Shown here: positions 9,666 to 18,053 of the stretch, one piece after another
Numbering within the stretch: position 1 is the first letter of the stretch
Layout of the letters: the number at the start of each line of letters is the position of its first letter
Assembly (NCBI GenBank): GCA_048939625.1
Contig: JBHLPH010000017.1
Span: forward strand, 1-43,310
DNA from: Promethearchaeota archaeon
GTDB taxonomy: Archaea > Asgardarchaeota > Hermodarchaeia > Hermodarchaeales > Hermodarchaeaceae
Length of the DNA: 43,310 nucleotides
Direction: 5' to 3'
Made by a program: the position numbers and the translations under genes
Notes under the pieces: generated by a model
What the model was told of the DNA's origin: nothing
The model's database searches: none
Seen by the model: the letters and a program-made list of their open reading frames with translations, nothing else

Positions 9666-9731
9666 GACCCCCTTGTTGATTCATCTAATTGTCGTTTCAC
9701 TTGGGATAGGTCACTGCTAGTGTCATGACAA

Positions 9732-9780
9732 GAAATACGAGTGGTGTTCCAGGTGGGGTTGGACGACCATTTGCTTTTTA
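9732..9780 (+). repeat. Intergenic dispersed repeat, copy 7 (degenerate)
   Basis: GAAATACGAGTGGTGTTCCAGGTGGGGTTGGACGACCATTTG. Confidence 0.75.
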
Positions 9781-9836
9781 TTAAATTCTTGTTATTACTA
9801 TTCTCAGGAAAGGGAAGTCTAAAGAGAAAAGCGAAA

Positions 9837-10136
9837 ATGAATGAAACCAAAAAGGCAGAAAATGCTACTGGTAAGAATGGTCCTCAACAGCCCTCCACGA
9901 TTACTGGACGTATCTATGCAAAAGCATTGGAATTACTGGAACAGCACCCAGAGGGGATTCGGTTTACAGAACTGCGCTCAGCAATTGAAGAAGCATATCC
10001 CAGCTTCCATCCGAAAACGGTCAACGGATGCGTTTGGAAGCTTATCCAGAAATTCCCGGATAAGGTGTACAAATCTTCTCGTGGGGTTTACCGTTTGTTG
10101 AAGTATAAATCCATTGATGTAGACACTCCTGGATAA
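9837..10136 (+). CDS. Small basic protein, probable winged-helix DNA-binding fold
   Basis: ATG at 9837; ALELLEQHPEGIRFTEL...KTVNG.VWKL...VYK..RGVYRL helix-helix-wing pattern. Confidence 0.7.
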   Translation: MNETKKAENATGKNGPQQPSTITGRIYAKALELLEQHPEGIRFTELRSAIEEAYPSFHPKTVNGCVWKLIQKFPDKVYKSSRGVYRLLKYKSIDVDTPG

Positions 10137-10182
10137 GAACCCAATAATTCCTGCAAGCGAGAGAAAGGACATGAATCGCACT

Positions 10183-10236
10183 CGGGAACAGGTTTGCTAC
10201 ATACAGTTTGCCTTGTGGACGGCCGGCTTCTTTTCT
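10183..10236 (+). repeat. Intergenic dispersed repeat, copy 8 (degenerate)
   Basis: CGGGAACAGGTTTGCTAC...GTGGACGGCCGGCTTCTTTTC; lies between convergent genes. Confidence 0.55.
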
Positions 10237-10253
10237 CTGTCTGATTAAGGGTG

Positions 10254-10286
10254 AAAGAAAAAGGGGGGGCGGAGGCGGTTGCCTCC
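10254..10286 (-). terminator. Hairpin plus T-tract after the Kelch gene
   Basis: Minus strand GGAGGC-AACC-GCCTCC then C-run and TTTTT. Confidence 0.5.
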
Positions 10287-10330
10287 AATGAGTGCAGTTT
10301 AGGTGCTTTTGGAGAATTTGGGTCTGTGGG

Positions 10331-11494
10331 TTATTGGCGTCGGCGCCAGAACCAGATGATGAGGATTATGATGATTACAATGACGATGATAGCGAAAATG
10401 ACAATGAACCAGGGAAATGGGAGTAGGTCGAAGAGGTGGAGTGCCCAGGTGTCGTCATAGAGGGTGGGGTCGGGTGAGGGGCTGCGGCCGCTGAAGAGGA
10501 TGCTGTGTTGGGTGTTGTGGTCGTAGGCCATGTAGGTGCGAACGCCGGGGGGTGGATGGGGAGTGGGGAAAAGTTGGGTCCAGGTGTTGGTGTTGTAGTT
10601 ATAGGTCCAGGTTTGGTCGCTGACATCGGTTTCGTCAAAATTGTGACAGCCTCCAAAGAGGACGACCCGATCCAGATTACTGTCATAGGATAACGCATGG
10701 CTGGCGATGGGGGTGGGAAATGCGGTGCGTTGGGTCCAGGTGTTGCTTGTGTAATCGTAGGCCCAGACGTCGGAGAGAATGGTCCCAGTGGAGCTGATTC
10801 CGCCCACGAGGATGACTTTGTCCGATTCTTGATCGTAGACCATGCGGTGGTCAAACCGTGATGTTGGTGATGCAGCGGGGCTGCGAAGCGTCCAGCTGTT
10901 AGTATCGTAATCATATTCCCACGTGGCAGCAGATGCTATGGCTCCATCACGTAGCCCACCGAACAGGATTTGGCGTTCCGCTTGCACAACATAGACCATA
11001 TCGGCCCAACATACACCTACTGGATGAGTGCTGGTGGTGCGATTGGTCCAAGTGTTCGCAGTATAGTCATAGGCCCAAGTTTGATGAAGCGTTTCGAGTG
11101 ATGAGCCACCTCCACTAAGCTGCCCACCAAAGAAGATGAGCTGGCGTGAATCCCAGTCGTAGCTGAGACAATGCCCGCCAGTGGGGGGTGGTGCAGTGCT
11201 GGGATTGCGATCGATCCAGATGTTTTGACTATAATCGTAGCCCCACGTGTCATTATAACGGTCAAAGTTTTCGTTGAACCCGCCATAGAGCATAACCAGT
11301 CCTGCGTTCAAATGATAGGTTAACGGAGAATGAATACGGGGCTCAGGAGCTGTTGTGGGTTCACGATTTTCCCAGATCCCGGAATCGATGGCCCTCACGG
11401 AACTCGGTGCGATGATCCAGACGCTTGAGATCATGAGAAAGGCGAACCCAAGGATAAACAGTCCTTTCCGTAAGTGATTTTTATGGTTCGAAAT
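10331..11494 (-). CDS. Kelch-repeat beta-propeller surface protein with C-terminal TM anchor
   Basis: Six repeats of P.PR..H...Y......LFGG....DTW.YD...N.W; C-terminal TM plus RRRQ. The ORF track starts at ATG 11434, but the signal peptide extends to an ATT at 11494 preceded by AGGAGG. Confidence 0.85.
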   Translation of the reverse strand: MSNHKNHLRKGLFILGFAFLMISSVWIIAPSSVRAIDSGIWENREPTTAPEPRIHSPLTYHLNAGLVMLYGGFNENFDRYNDTWGYDYSQNIWIDRNPSTAPPPTGGHCLSYDWDSRQLIFFGGQLSGGGSSLETLHQTWAYDYTANTWTNRTTSTHPVGVCWADMVYVVQAERQILFGGLRDGAIASAATWEYDYDTNSWTLRSPAASPTSRFDHRMVYDQESDKVILVGGISSTGTILSDVWAYDYTSNTWTQRTAFPTPIASHALSYDSNLDRVVLFGGCHNFDETDVSDQTWTYNYNTNTWTQLFPTPHPPPGVRTYMAYDHNTQHSILFSGRSPSPDPTLYDDTWALHLFDLLPFPWFIVIFAIIVIVIIIILIIWFWRRRQ

Positions 11495-11596
11495 TCTTCT
11501 GCCCTCCTATCGGATAGATTGTGTGTTAATCTACCACAATCTGAGAAAGAAGAAGCGCACCGTGGCTAATATATATTGTTCATACTGCTAAGGGAC

Positions 11597-11633
11597 AAGA
11601 AGTTTGGATGTATTTTGGCAAAAACACGGGTTT
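11597..11633 (+). repeat. Intergenic dispersed repeat, copy 9 (5' half only)
   Basis: AAGAAGTTTGGATGTATTTTGGCAAAAACACGGGT versus copy 1 AAGAAGTCTGGGTGTATAAAATCCGGGAACACGTGT. Confidence 0.6.
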
Positions 11634-11710
11634 ATTGACGCCTTTGAAGGAAATCGAATTTGCCGTCTTGCTTTAGATAGAAGAGGAGCATGATAATGGA
11701 GACGATGATA
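11632..11710 (-). pseudogene. 3' remnant of a paralog of 27488..28312
   Basis: IMLLFYLKQDGKFDFLQRRQ* versus VMVLSYLKHEGKLNFPSIRQ* (10/20 identical); nucleotide similarity visible from the stop codon inward. Confidence 0.6.
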
Positions 11711-11822
11711 TGCCAGACGAAGTTCTTTGGTGAACACATTGGTTGAATGATCACTATCTGAATGCTAGGTCTTTTTACCCTAGATGCCTTATGTGTGATT
11801 GTTAGAAAAGGAGGCACTGGAT

Positions 11823-13604
11823 ACGTCAACGGCTGTGCTCATGAAGTTATTGGAGACAGCGCCGTGGCGCTATGACCGGGGTATTGATTTTCTCACGCTG
11901 GGTGTTGATTCGAAGCTGAAGAGGCGTATTGCGGATGAGTTCATCTTTCCCTCGGATGATGTTCTTGAACTAGGGAGTGGCACGGGAACCTTAGCGTTGC
12001 TGTGTGCTCAGAAAGGGGCGCAGGTACTGGGCATTGATGTGTCACCTTTAATGATTGCATTAGCTCAGGCCAAAGCCGCGAAGGTTCAATGGTCAGATCG
12101 AGTACAGTTTCGGGAAATGGACCTGACGGAAATTGACCAGTTGTCTGATTCCTCTTTTGATGTGGTGGTTGCCACCTTGGTGTTTAGTGAGTTGTCGGAG
12201 GTGGAGCAGTTTTATGCGCTTCGTGAAGCGTGGCGGCTGCTTCGACCGGGGGGGCGACTAATCATTATGGATGAAGTTCGACCTCAATCGTTACGTAAGA
12301 TGCTTCCGTATTACACGTTACGTGTACCTCTCACAATGTTCACCTTTCTGTTGAGCCAGACAACGACCCATCGGGTGAAGAATCTCGAAACAAAGCTCGA
12401 AATAGCAGGATTTCGGATTGCCAGACAGGAGCAGCATTTACTGGATTCGATTGCGTTACTTGTCGCCATCAAACAATCCCAACGACCCATTAGAGTAGCA
12501 GGTCCTCGTCTATTTCCAACGGTTCATGTTAGGTCACGAATCATGTCTGTGGCTGAAACTATTTTTCGCTGGGTAGGTGTCCCGCTCGCACCAGGGTATA
12601 TCGCTGTGGGACAGCCCTCCACAGAAAGTCCGGTTCTAGTCACTTGCAACTATGACTTGACGGTGCGCCGAGTTCTGAAAACACTTCAACACGCACAGGT
12701 TGATTGTTTTGTACTGGTGGCTCCAACGCGGGGAATTAACGTGTGGTGTGCCGCTTGCGGTGGAGATTTTACGGCGCACTCAGTTATCGCGGCAATTAAG
12801 CTCAGTGGCATCAACAGCTTAGTACAGCACCGGCGGTTGATTCTACCTCAACTTGCCGCTTCAGGTGTTGACCCTGATGTGATTGAGGAGGAGACAGGAT
12901 GGTCAGCTCAGTTTGGACCGGTAAAAGCTAAAGATATACCCGCCTACTTGCAGAAGGGTTCACAGAAGACAGAGGCAATGCGAACGGTTCGATTTCCGGT
13001 TTCAAGTCGCTTAGAAATGGCAAGTCTGTATGCGATTATGATTTCCCTCCTTATGATTCCCCTCAGCTTACTCTTTGCGTCCCTCAGACTTGTCACGACC
13101 CTTGGGCTCGTTTGGCTGCTTATTTGCGGTGCCTATCTGCTATCCTCATATCTCCCGAGTAGATCTGGATTCGTGAAAATGCTGGTGTATGGAATAGGTT
13201 CCATTTTTGTCATCTTACTTGTAGCCTTTTATACCACAGGGAGCCCGCTAGGATTGCCATGGGAACTTCTTGTAGCGATTCTTGTTTTACTCGTCTTGAG
13301 TGTTGATTTCAACGGGATGACCCCAATCTTACCCAGTGACCTCGGTCGTCTATTTTATAGCCGAGGCTACTCAGAAATGCCCTTCTTCACAGGAAAATAT
13401 CCACTTCAACCCTATGGACGTATCACGCAGGATATAGAGCTTTGTATTGGATGTGGGATGTGTATACAAGTCTGTCCAATGAATGTCTACCAGTTAGATG
13501 ATACAAGACGCAAGGCGGATCTAATCCGCCCCCACCACTGTGTCAACTGCAATGCTTGTGTTCATCGATGCCCCACACATTGCCTTCACATTATCAAATC
13601 TTAA
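11823..13604 (+). CDS. Fusion: SAM methyltransferase (CpaM/UbiE-like) + HgcA/CdhE-like corrinoid domain + about 4 TM + 2[4Fe-4S] ferredoxin (HgcAB-like fusion)
   Basis: VLELGSGTG; SPVLVTCNY; GINVWCAACGG; LILPQLAA; FGPVKAKDIPAYL; CIGCGMCIQVCP and CVNCNACVHRCP. Start uncertain (TTG 11799, ACG 11823 after AGGAGG, ATG 11841). Confidence 0.9.
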   Translation, partial: TSTAVLMKLLETAPWRYDRGIDFLTLGVDSKLKRRIADEFIFPSDDVLELGSGTGTLALLCAQKGAQVLGIDVSPLMIALAQAKAAKVQWSDRVQFREMDLTEIDQLSDSSFDVVVATLVFSELSEVEQFYALREAWRLLRPGGRLIIMDEVRPQSLRKMLPYYTLRVPLTMFTFLLSQTTTHRVKNLETKLEIAGFRIARQEQHLLDSIALLVAIKQSQRPIRVAGPRLFPTVHVRSRIMSVAETIFRWVGVPLAPGYIAVGQPSTESPVLVTCNYDLTVRRVLKTLQHAQVDCFVLVAPTRGINVWCAACGGDFTAHSVIAAIKLSGINSLVQHRRLILPQLAASGVDPDVIEEETGWSAQFGPVKAKDIPAYLQKGSQKTEAMRTVRFPVSSRLEMASLYAIMISLLMIPLSLLFASLRLVTTLGLVWLLICGAYLLSSYLPSRSGFVKMLVYGIGSIFVILLVAFYTTGSPLGLPWELLVAILVLLVLSVDFNGMTPILPSDLGRLFYSRGYSEMPFFTGKYPLQPYGRITQDIELCIGCGMCIQVCPMNVYQLDDTRRKADLIRPHHCVNCNACVHRCPTHCLHIIKS

Positions 13605-13667
13605 GCGTATAATGACGAAACCACAGGTGTTGAAGACAATCCCTGGAATATAGACAGGCATTTTTTC
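13605..13667 (+). repeat. Intergenic dispersed repeat, copy 10 (degenerate)
   Basis: GCGTATAATGACGAAACCACAGGTGTTGAAGAC...TAGACAGGCATTTTTTC; lies between convergent genes. Confidence 0.65.
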
Positions 13668-13684
13668 GATTTTGGGGTGAGAGA

Positions 13685-14665
13685 TTAATCGTATAGATGA
13701 CAGGCGACCCAGTGTTTCTTCTTTACTTCACGGAGCTCGGGTTCTTCCACCGCGCATCGTTCGAAGGCTTTAGGACATCGAGGATGGAAGTTGCATCCAG
13801 AGGGAGGATTAATGGGACTGGGAATCTCCCCTTTAGGAATCGCTTCTCCCGTCGTCGCTGTGGGATCTGGCACAGGTATTGCAGCCATCAGACTAACCGC
13901 ATACGGATGAAGGGAATCTGTATAGATTTGGTCTTTATCAGCGATTTCTACTATCTTTCCCAGGTACATAATGGCAATCCGGTCACAGATATGCCTTGCA
14001 GTGGCAAGATCATGCGAGATGAAAAGATAAGTCAGACTATATTCATCCTGTAAATCTTTCATGAGTTCCAGAATCTGCGCCCGAACGGACACATCTACCA
14101 TAGCAACTGGTTCATCAGTGACAACAAATTCAGGTTCGAGAATGATAGCTCTTCCAAACACAACTCTCTGCCTTTGACCACCACTGAGTTGATGAGGCAA
14201 CCTATCATAAAAAGAGCTAGCGGGAGAAAGGCCAACTCGTTCTAGAATTTTCATTGTTCGCTGCTTCTGTTCACTCCTTGTACCAATCCCTTGGAGCCTC
14301 AGTGCATCAGCAATAGCATTTCCAATGCTCAATCGCGGATTTAGTGATGAAGAAGGGTCTTGAAAAGTGAACTGAAGCCTCCGCTTTAGTAATCGTAATT
14401 TTTTCCCATTAATTTTGGCTATGTCTTGGCCATCAAAGAGAATTTGCCCCGCGGTAAGGTCGATCAATCGTACGATAAGTCGTCCCATAGTCGTCTTCCC
14501 TGAACCACTCTCTCCTGCAAGGCCAAACACTTCTTTTTCTTCTATTTCAAAGGAAACGTCATCTACCGCTTTGACAAATTCTTTTTGCCTGGTAAAAAGG
14601 GTATCAAGGTATCCCTTCTGGACCGGAAAATACTTCACGGCGTTCTTCACTTCAATTAACGGCAT
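13685..14665 (-). CDS. dppF: Peptide ABC transporter ATP-binding protein
   Basis: GESGSGKT, LSGGQRQR, DEP, HPY, GCNFHPRC...VACH. Confidence 0.95.
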   Translation of the reverse strand: MPLIEVKNAVKYFPVQKGYLDTLFTRQKEFVKAVDDVSFEIEEKEVFGLAGESGSGKTTMGRLIVRLIDLTAGQILFDGQDIAKINGKKLRLLKRRLQFTFQDPSSSLNPRLSIGNAIADALRLQGIGTRSEQKQRTMKILERVGLSPASSFYDRLPHQLSGGQRQRVVFGRAIILEPEFVVTDEPVAMVDVSVRAQILELMKDLQDEYSLTYLFISHDLATARHICDRIAIMYLGKIVEIADKDQIYTDSLHPYAVSLMAAIPVPDPTATTGEAIPKGEIPSPINPPSGCNFHPRCPKAFERCAVEEPELREVKKKHWVACHLYD

Positions 14666-14667
14666 AG

Positions 14668-15678
14668 TTACGATCCCTCATAGAGATAACATGCGACGCG
14701 CCCACCCGATGCACTCTTTATCAGTGGGGGGGGCTCCGTTGCACAAATTTCCATAGCATGCGGACATCGTGGTCTAAACATACAACCTGGAAAAGGTTCG
14801 GTGAGGCTGGGTGGTGATCCAGGAATCCAGGAGAGTCTTCTGTCCGGTGTTCTTACATCAGGAACTGATTGAAGTAAGGCTTGCGTATAAGGGTGCTGGG
14901 GGGACTCGAACAATGCCTCAGTCGGAGCTACTTCCATGATTCTACCAGTGTACATGATTGCGATACTATCAGCTGTTTGAGCCAACACTCCTAGATTGTG
15001 CGTAATTAGTATCATAGTAAGATTGAACTTATCTTTGAGATTTGAGATTAGTTTTAGAATCTGCGCCTCCACAATCACATCGAGAGAGGTGGTCGGCTCG
15101 TCGGCAATCAACAGCTGTGGTGTCAAAGCAAGTGCTAAACCGATCATCACGCGTTGGCGCATTCCTCCACTGAACTGGTGGGGGTAGTCTAATACACGTT
15201 CGGGAAGAATGTCTAATGCTTCAAGGAGGTCTTTTGCTCTCACTTGTGCATCTTCTTTGGAGGTGTCTGGTTCGTGTGCTTGTATGATCTCAACAAAGTG
15301 TTGTCCAATTCTAGCCATTGGATTTAGGGAGGTCATAGGGTCTTGAAAGATATAAGCAAGTTTGTTGCCCCGAAGTGCCCTCATTTGGTCAGCACCAAGC
15401 TGTAGGAGGTTTATTTGTCCCTTCTCGACAACGCCATTCTCATACGGTACATCCTCATCAAGGTTGAGAAGAATATCGCCTTCAAGTATGCGACCAGGAT
15501 GAGGAACAAGACTGATAATTGATCGACCTAAAGTTGATTTTCCACAACCAGATTCTCCTGCAAGACCAAGGGTTTTATTCTCTTCCAGTGTTATAGAAAC
15601 ATTATCCACTGCCCGGGCGGTGCCTAACCGCGTTTTGTATTCAACGGTTAAGTTGTTGATTTCAAGAAGGGTAGGCAT
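14668..15678 (-). CDS. dppD: Peptide ABC transporter ATP-binding protein
   Basis: GESGCGKS, FQDPMTSLNP, FSGGMRQR, ADEPTT, HPYT. Confidence 0.95.
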   Translation of the reverse strand: MPTLLEINNLTVEYKTRLGTARAVDNVSITLEENKTLGLAGESGCGKSTLGRSIISLVPHPGRILEGDILLNLDEDVPYENGVVEKGQINLLQLGADQMRALRGNKLAYIFQDPMTSLNPMARIGQHFVEIIQAHEPDTSKEDAQVRAKDLLEALDILPERVLDYPHQFSGGMRQRVMIGLALALTPQLLIADEPTTSLDVIVEAQILKLISNLKDKFNLTMILITHNLGVLAQTADSIAIMYTGRIMEVAPTEALFESPQHPYTQALLQSVPDVRTPDRRLSWIPGSPPSLTEPFPGCMFRPRCPHAMEICATEPPPLIKSASGGRVACYLYEGS

Positions 15679-15684
15679 TTCTAT

Positions 15685-16953
15685 CTAGTCCTTAAGCATC
15701 GGTGTTAGTATTTCATTAAGTCCTTCACCAACCAGCGTAAATCCTAGTGCAAGAAGGACGATCATAATTCCGGGGAATGTGATAACCCACCACGCTCCAG
15801 TTATTAGTTGATGCCAGCCAAATGTTAAATCCCATCCCCAATCAGCAACATCGATTGGTAGGCCTAATCCAACAAATGTTAGTCCTGCAGCAGTGAGAAC
15901 GGCATCTGCGAAGTTAATCGACATCACAACAACGATTGAGGGTAAAGCATTAGGGAGAACATATCTAAACATCGTGTCTCGATCTCTGGCACCCATGACC
16001 TTTGCCGCCTCGACATAAGGGAGTTCTTTGATTGTAAGAACTTGGCTCCTGAGCACCCTGAAGTATGAAGGAATATAAACAACGGCAATTGCCAAAGCCA
16101 TGTTAATAACACCTGGACCAAGCATAGCAGCAATAGCGATTGCCAGAATTAGACCAGGGAATGCAAAGATAGCATCCATGAAAAGTGATAGTACTCGATC
16201 AAGTATTCCTCCCCTAAACGAAGCAAGAAGCCCCAATGGAACACCGACAAAGAAACAAATGATCACCGAAATAAAGGCCACCTGTAACATGATCGCGCCA
16301 CCGGCAATGGTTCTACTTAGTAAGTCCTGCCCCAAAGACGTGGTTCCCAAGGGGAAGCCGGGGGACGGGGGATACAGAATTGGTCCAACATTGATGGTGA
16401 ACGGATCATAAGGCACAATCCAGTAGGAAATAACGGTCATATAGATGATAGCAAGTACCATCAAGAACCCAGTGATGGTCAGAAATCCAGGGGAACCCCT
16501 TTCTTTCAACCACGAATATCTGAAGTAGAGAAAGAGTAGAATAATTCCTATTACAACACCACCCGTTACAAAGACTACCCAAAGATCAAACCAAGCAAAG
16601 GGAAGAATGAAGAAGCTTACAGGAATAGTGATGACTCCAAGTAGGCACGTAACACCAACTAGAAACAGAGTTCCGATTCTTGGTGAGAAGGTTCCCTGGC
16701 GAATTAAAAGAGTCCGGAATAAACCCACGACTAACATAGACACTCCGAATAGTATAGTTCCCACAACAACTGGAATTCCCAAACCACTATTAGACCTTGC
16801 AGCTAATATTATCAGACTGCTAACTAAAGCTATTGTACCCCCCAGTATTACCGCTAGCACAATCCACCAGAGTTTTGAACGATTTCGGAAAGGGTCTTGA
16901 ACAAGTCTCAGGTAGATAAATACACCACTAATCGTTATGTCTGGTCCCATCAT
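15685..16953 (-). CDS. dppC: Peptide ABC transporter permease with an N-terminal extension of about 4 TM helices
   Basis: LGTTSLGQDLLSR; YVEAAKVMGA EAA motif; LTFVGLG. Confidence 0.9.
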   Translation of the reverse strand: MMGPDITISGVFIYLRLVQDPFRNRSKLWWIVLAVILGGTIALVSSLIILAARSNSGLGIPVVVGTILFGVSMLVVGLFRTLLIRQGTFSPRIGTLFLVGVTCLLGVITIPVSFFILPFAWFDLWVVFVTGGVVIGIILLFLYFRYSWLKERGSPGFLTITGFLMVLAIIYMTVISYWIVPYDPFTINVGPILYPPSPGFPLGTTSLGQDLLSRTIAGGAIMLQVAFISVIICFFVGVPLGLLASFRGGILDRVLSLFMDAIFAFPGLILAIAIAAMLGPGVINMALAIAVVYIPSYFRVLRSQVLTIKELPYVEAAKVMGARDRDTMFRYVLPNALPSIVVVMSINFADAVLTAAGLTFVGLGLPIDVADWGWDLTFGWHQLITGAWWVITFPGIMIVLLALGFTLVGEGLNEILTPMLKD

Positions 16954-16962
16954 TTTCCATCC

Positions 16963-17973
16963 TTAGAGTCTTATTCGGGGATCAAGAAACGCGTATAGAA
17001 GGTCGATTACCAAAGTAACAACCGCCACCAAGATTGCATAAAACACGACAGTGCCTTGAATTGCTGTGTAATCTCGATGCGCAATTCGATCAACTAAATA
17101 GGTTCCTAGACCTGGCCAACTGAATGTGGTCTCAGTCAGAACAGCCCCAGCAAGAAGAACAGCAAATTGGAGGCCAATCATTGTCAAGATTGGGAGGAAC
17201 GCATTCCTGAGTGCATAGCGATAAGTGACTCTGGAGTCTGAAAGACCTCTGGCTTCTGCTGCCACGACGAAGTCTTTTCGAAGTGTCTCAATCATGTTGG
17301 TTCGGGTCAAACGAATAAAGATCCCACAAAGCACGAGACCCAGAGTGACCGTAGGAAGTATAAGATAACGAACAGATACCATAAACGCCCATAAATTGCC
17401 TGTTAATAGGCTATCAATTGTGTAGAGACCCGTTATACGTGCTGGTGGGATATAATGTGGATCAAATCTAGTCCCCGAAGGTAATACTCTCAGCCATACT
17501 GCAAAGATAAGCTGAAAGATCATACCCAAGAAAAATACTGGAATAGCGTAGGTTATAATACCAAAAAGTCTGATTGAATGATCGGTAGGAGAATCATATC
17601 TTTTCGAGGAAAAAACTCCAAGGGCAATTCCGAGTAAGACGGCAAATAGCATGGAATAAATGGCTAACTCGAATGTTGCAGGAAACCGTGTTATAAGATG
17701 ATCTACAACAGGTGAAAAGTCCTGCATCGATAATCCGAAATTCCCAATAAGAAGCCCCCCAAGATAATTGATATACTGAATTGGAATGGGCTGATCTAAT
17801 CCTAAACGCCTCCGAAATTCAGCAAGGGCAGCAGGATCTACTCGCCGCTCAAAATGCAATAGTGCCGGGTCACCAGGCATGACTCGAATGACGAAGAACA
17901 CGAATGTAAGAAGTAACAAAACCATTGGGATGGCCATTAGGACACGAGTGACTATATACGATTTCAGTGACAC
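16963..17973 (-). CDS. dppB: Peptide ABC transporter permease
   Basis: MPGDPA, GLDQP..QY, PATFEL, AAEARGL, LRNA, ETTFSWPGLG, DPRIR. Confidence 0.95.
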   Translation of the reverse strand: MSLKSYIVTRVLMAIPMVLLLLTFVFFVIRVMPGDPALLHFERRVDPAALAEFRRRLGLDQPIPIQYINYLGGLLIGNFGLSMQDFSPVVDHLITRFPATFELAIYSMLFAVLLGIALGVFSSKRYDSPTDHSIRLFGIITYAIPVFFLGMIFQLIFAVWLRVLPSGTRFDPHYIPPARITGLYTIDSLLTGNLWAFMVSVRYLILPTVTLGLVLCGIFIRLTRTNMIETLRKDFVVAAEARGLSDSRVTYRYALRNAFLPILTMIGLQFAVLLAGAVLTETTFSWPGLGTYLVDRIAHRDYTAIQGTVVFYAILVAVVTLVIDLLYAFLDPRIRL

Positions 17974-18053
17974 TTGATTCCCACCTTGTTACCAAAGAAA
18001 ATGTGGGTGTCATCAGTTCCAATCAAGTCCTAGTTTAGGTTTTTGGTAGCTAC

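Noticed and set aside
11823-13604. Calling this gene hgcA (mercury methylation)
   Set aside because: Cap helix lacks the GK, the ferredoxin lacks the HgcB C(M/I)ECGAC motif and Cys tail, and tested fused homologs were not shown to methylate Hg.
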